The notes beneath the pieces were generated by a model, which did not search any database, was not told the DNA's origin, and was given only the letters and a program-made list of their open reading frames with translations. DNA of 64,000 nt from Antedon mediterranea. Its lineage: Eukaryota > Animalia > Echinodermata. Shown one piece after another: positions 63,753-64,000 of the stretch; position 1 is the first letter of the stretch; every line of letters begins with the position of its first letter. Made by a program: the position numbers and the translations under genes. The stretch is from the NCBI RefSeq assembly GCF_964355755.1, contig NC_092680.1, positions 7,378,001 through 7,442,000 on the forward strand, given 5' to 3'.

Positions 63753-64000
63753 TTAACTGTAATAGCTTTCCCAATTATCTATATTTCAAACATATTTAAA
63801 GGAGGTTATTCCAGGTGAAAAAAAAATTGTGGAAACCACACTTTGGTAAATCCATTGTTGAAGCATTTAAGTATACTCCCACTCAAAAATGTCATACCCA
63901 ACTACCTAGTATGTCATAGTTATATTAGCCTGTTTAATAACTATAAGGACAATCAAATTAAACTGAATTAATCAAAATAATATGATTAGTGTTTTATTCC

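Overview
AT-rich, intron-containing animal genomic DNA, probably from a marine invertebrate (inferred from the repeat families; species not determinable). Two convergent genes: the 3' part of a CRTC/TORC (CREB-regulated transcription coactivator) gene on + (8 coding exons, 70-7671) and the 3' two-thirds of an IQGAP gene on - (27 coding exons, 63552 down to 27379, about 1113 aa; all splice phases chain without frameshift). A ~12.8 kb satellite of ~191-bp doubly palindromic monomers with higher-order duplications lies between their 3' ends. IQGAP introns hold several minisatellites, a 5'-truncated Rex1/Babar-like LINE, SINEs (one 5S-derived), copies of a foldback MITE, and a decayed but fully delimited Ty3/Gypsy LTR retrotransposon (43638-48843, GTTG TSD). 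The most notable observation is that this element carries a degenerate TatD-family nuclease ORF in the env position after integrase. It also has a strong splice donor in the LTR and a consensus acceptor just upstream of that ORF, suggesting a retrotransposon-encoded nuclease expressed from a spliced subgenomic RNA. All calls are by eye; no searches were run.
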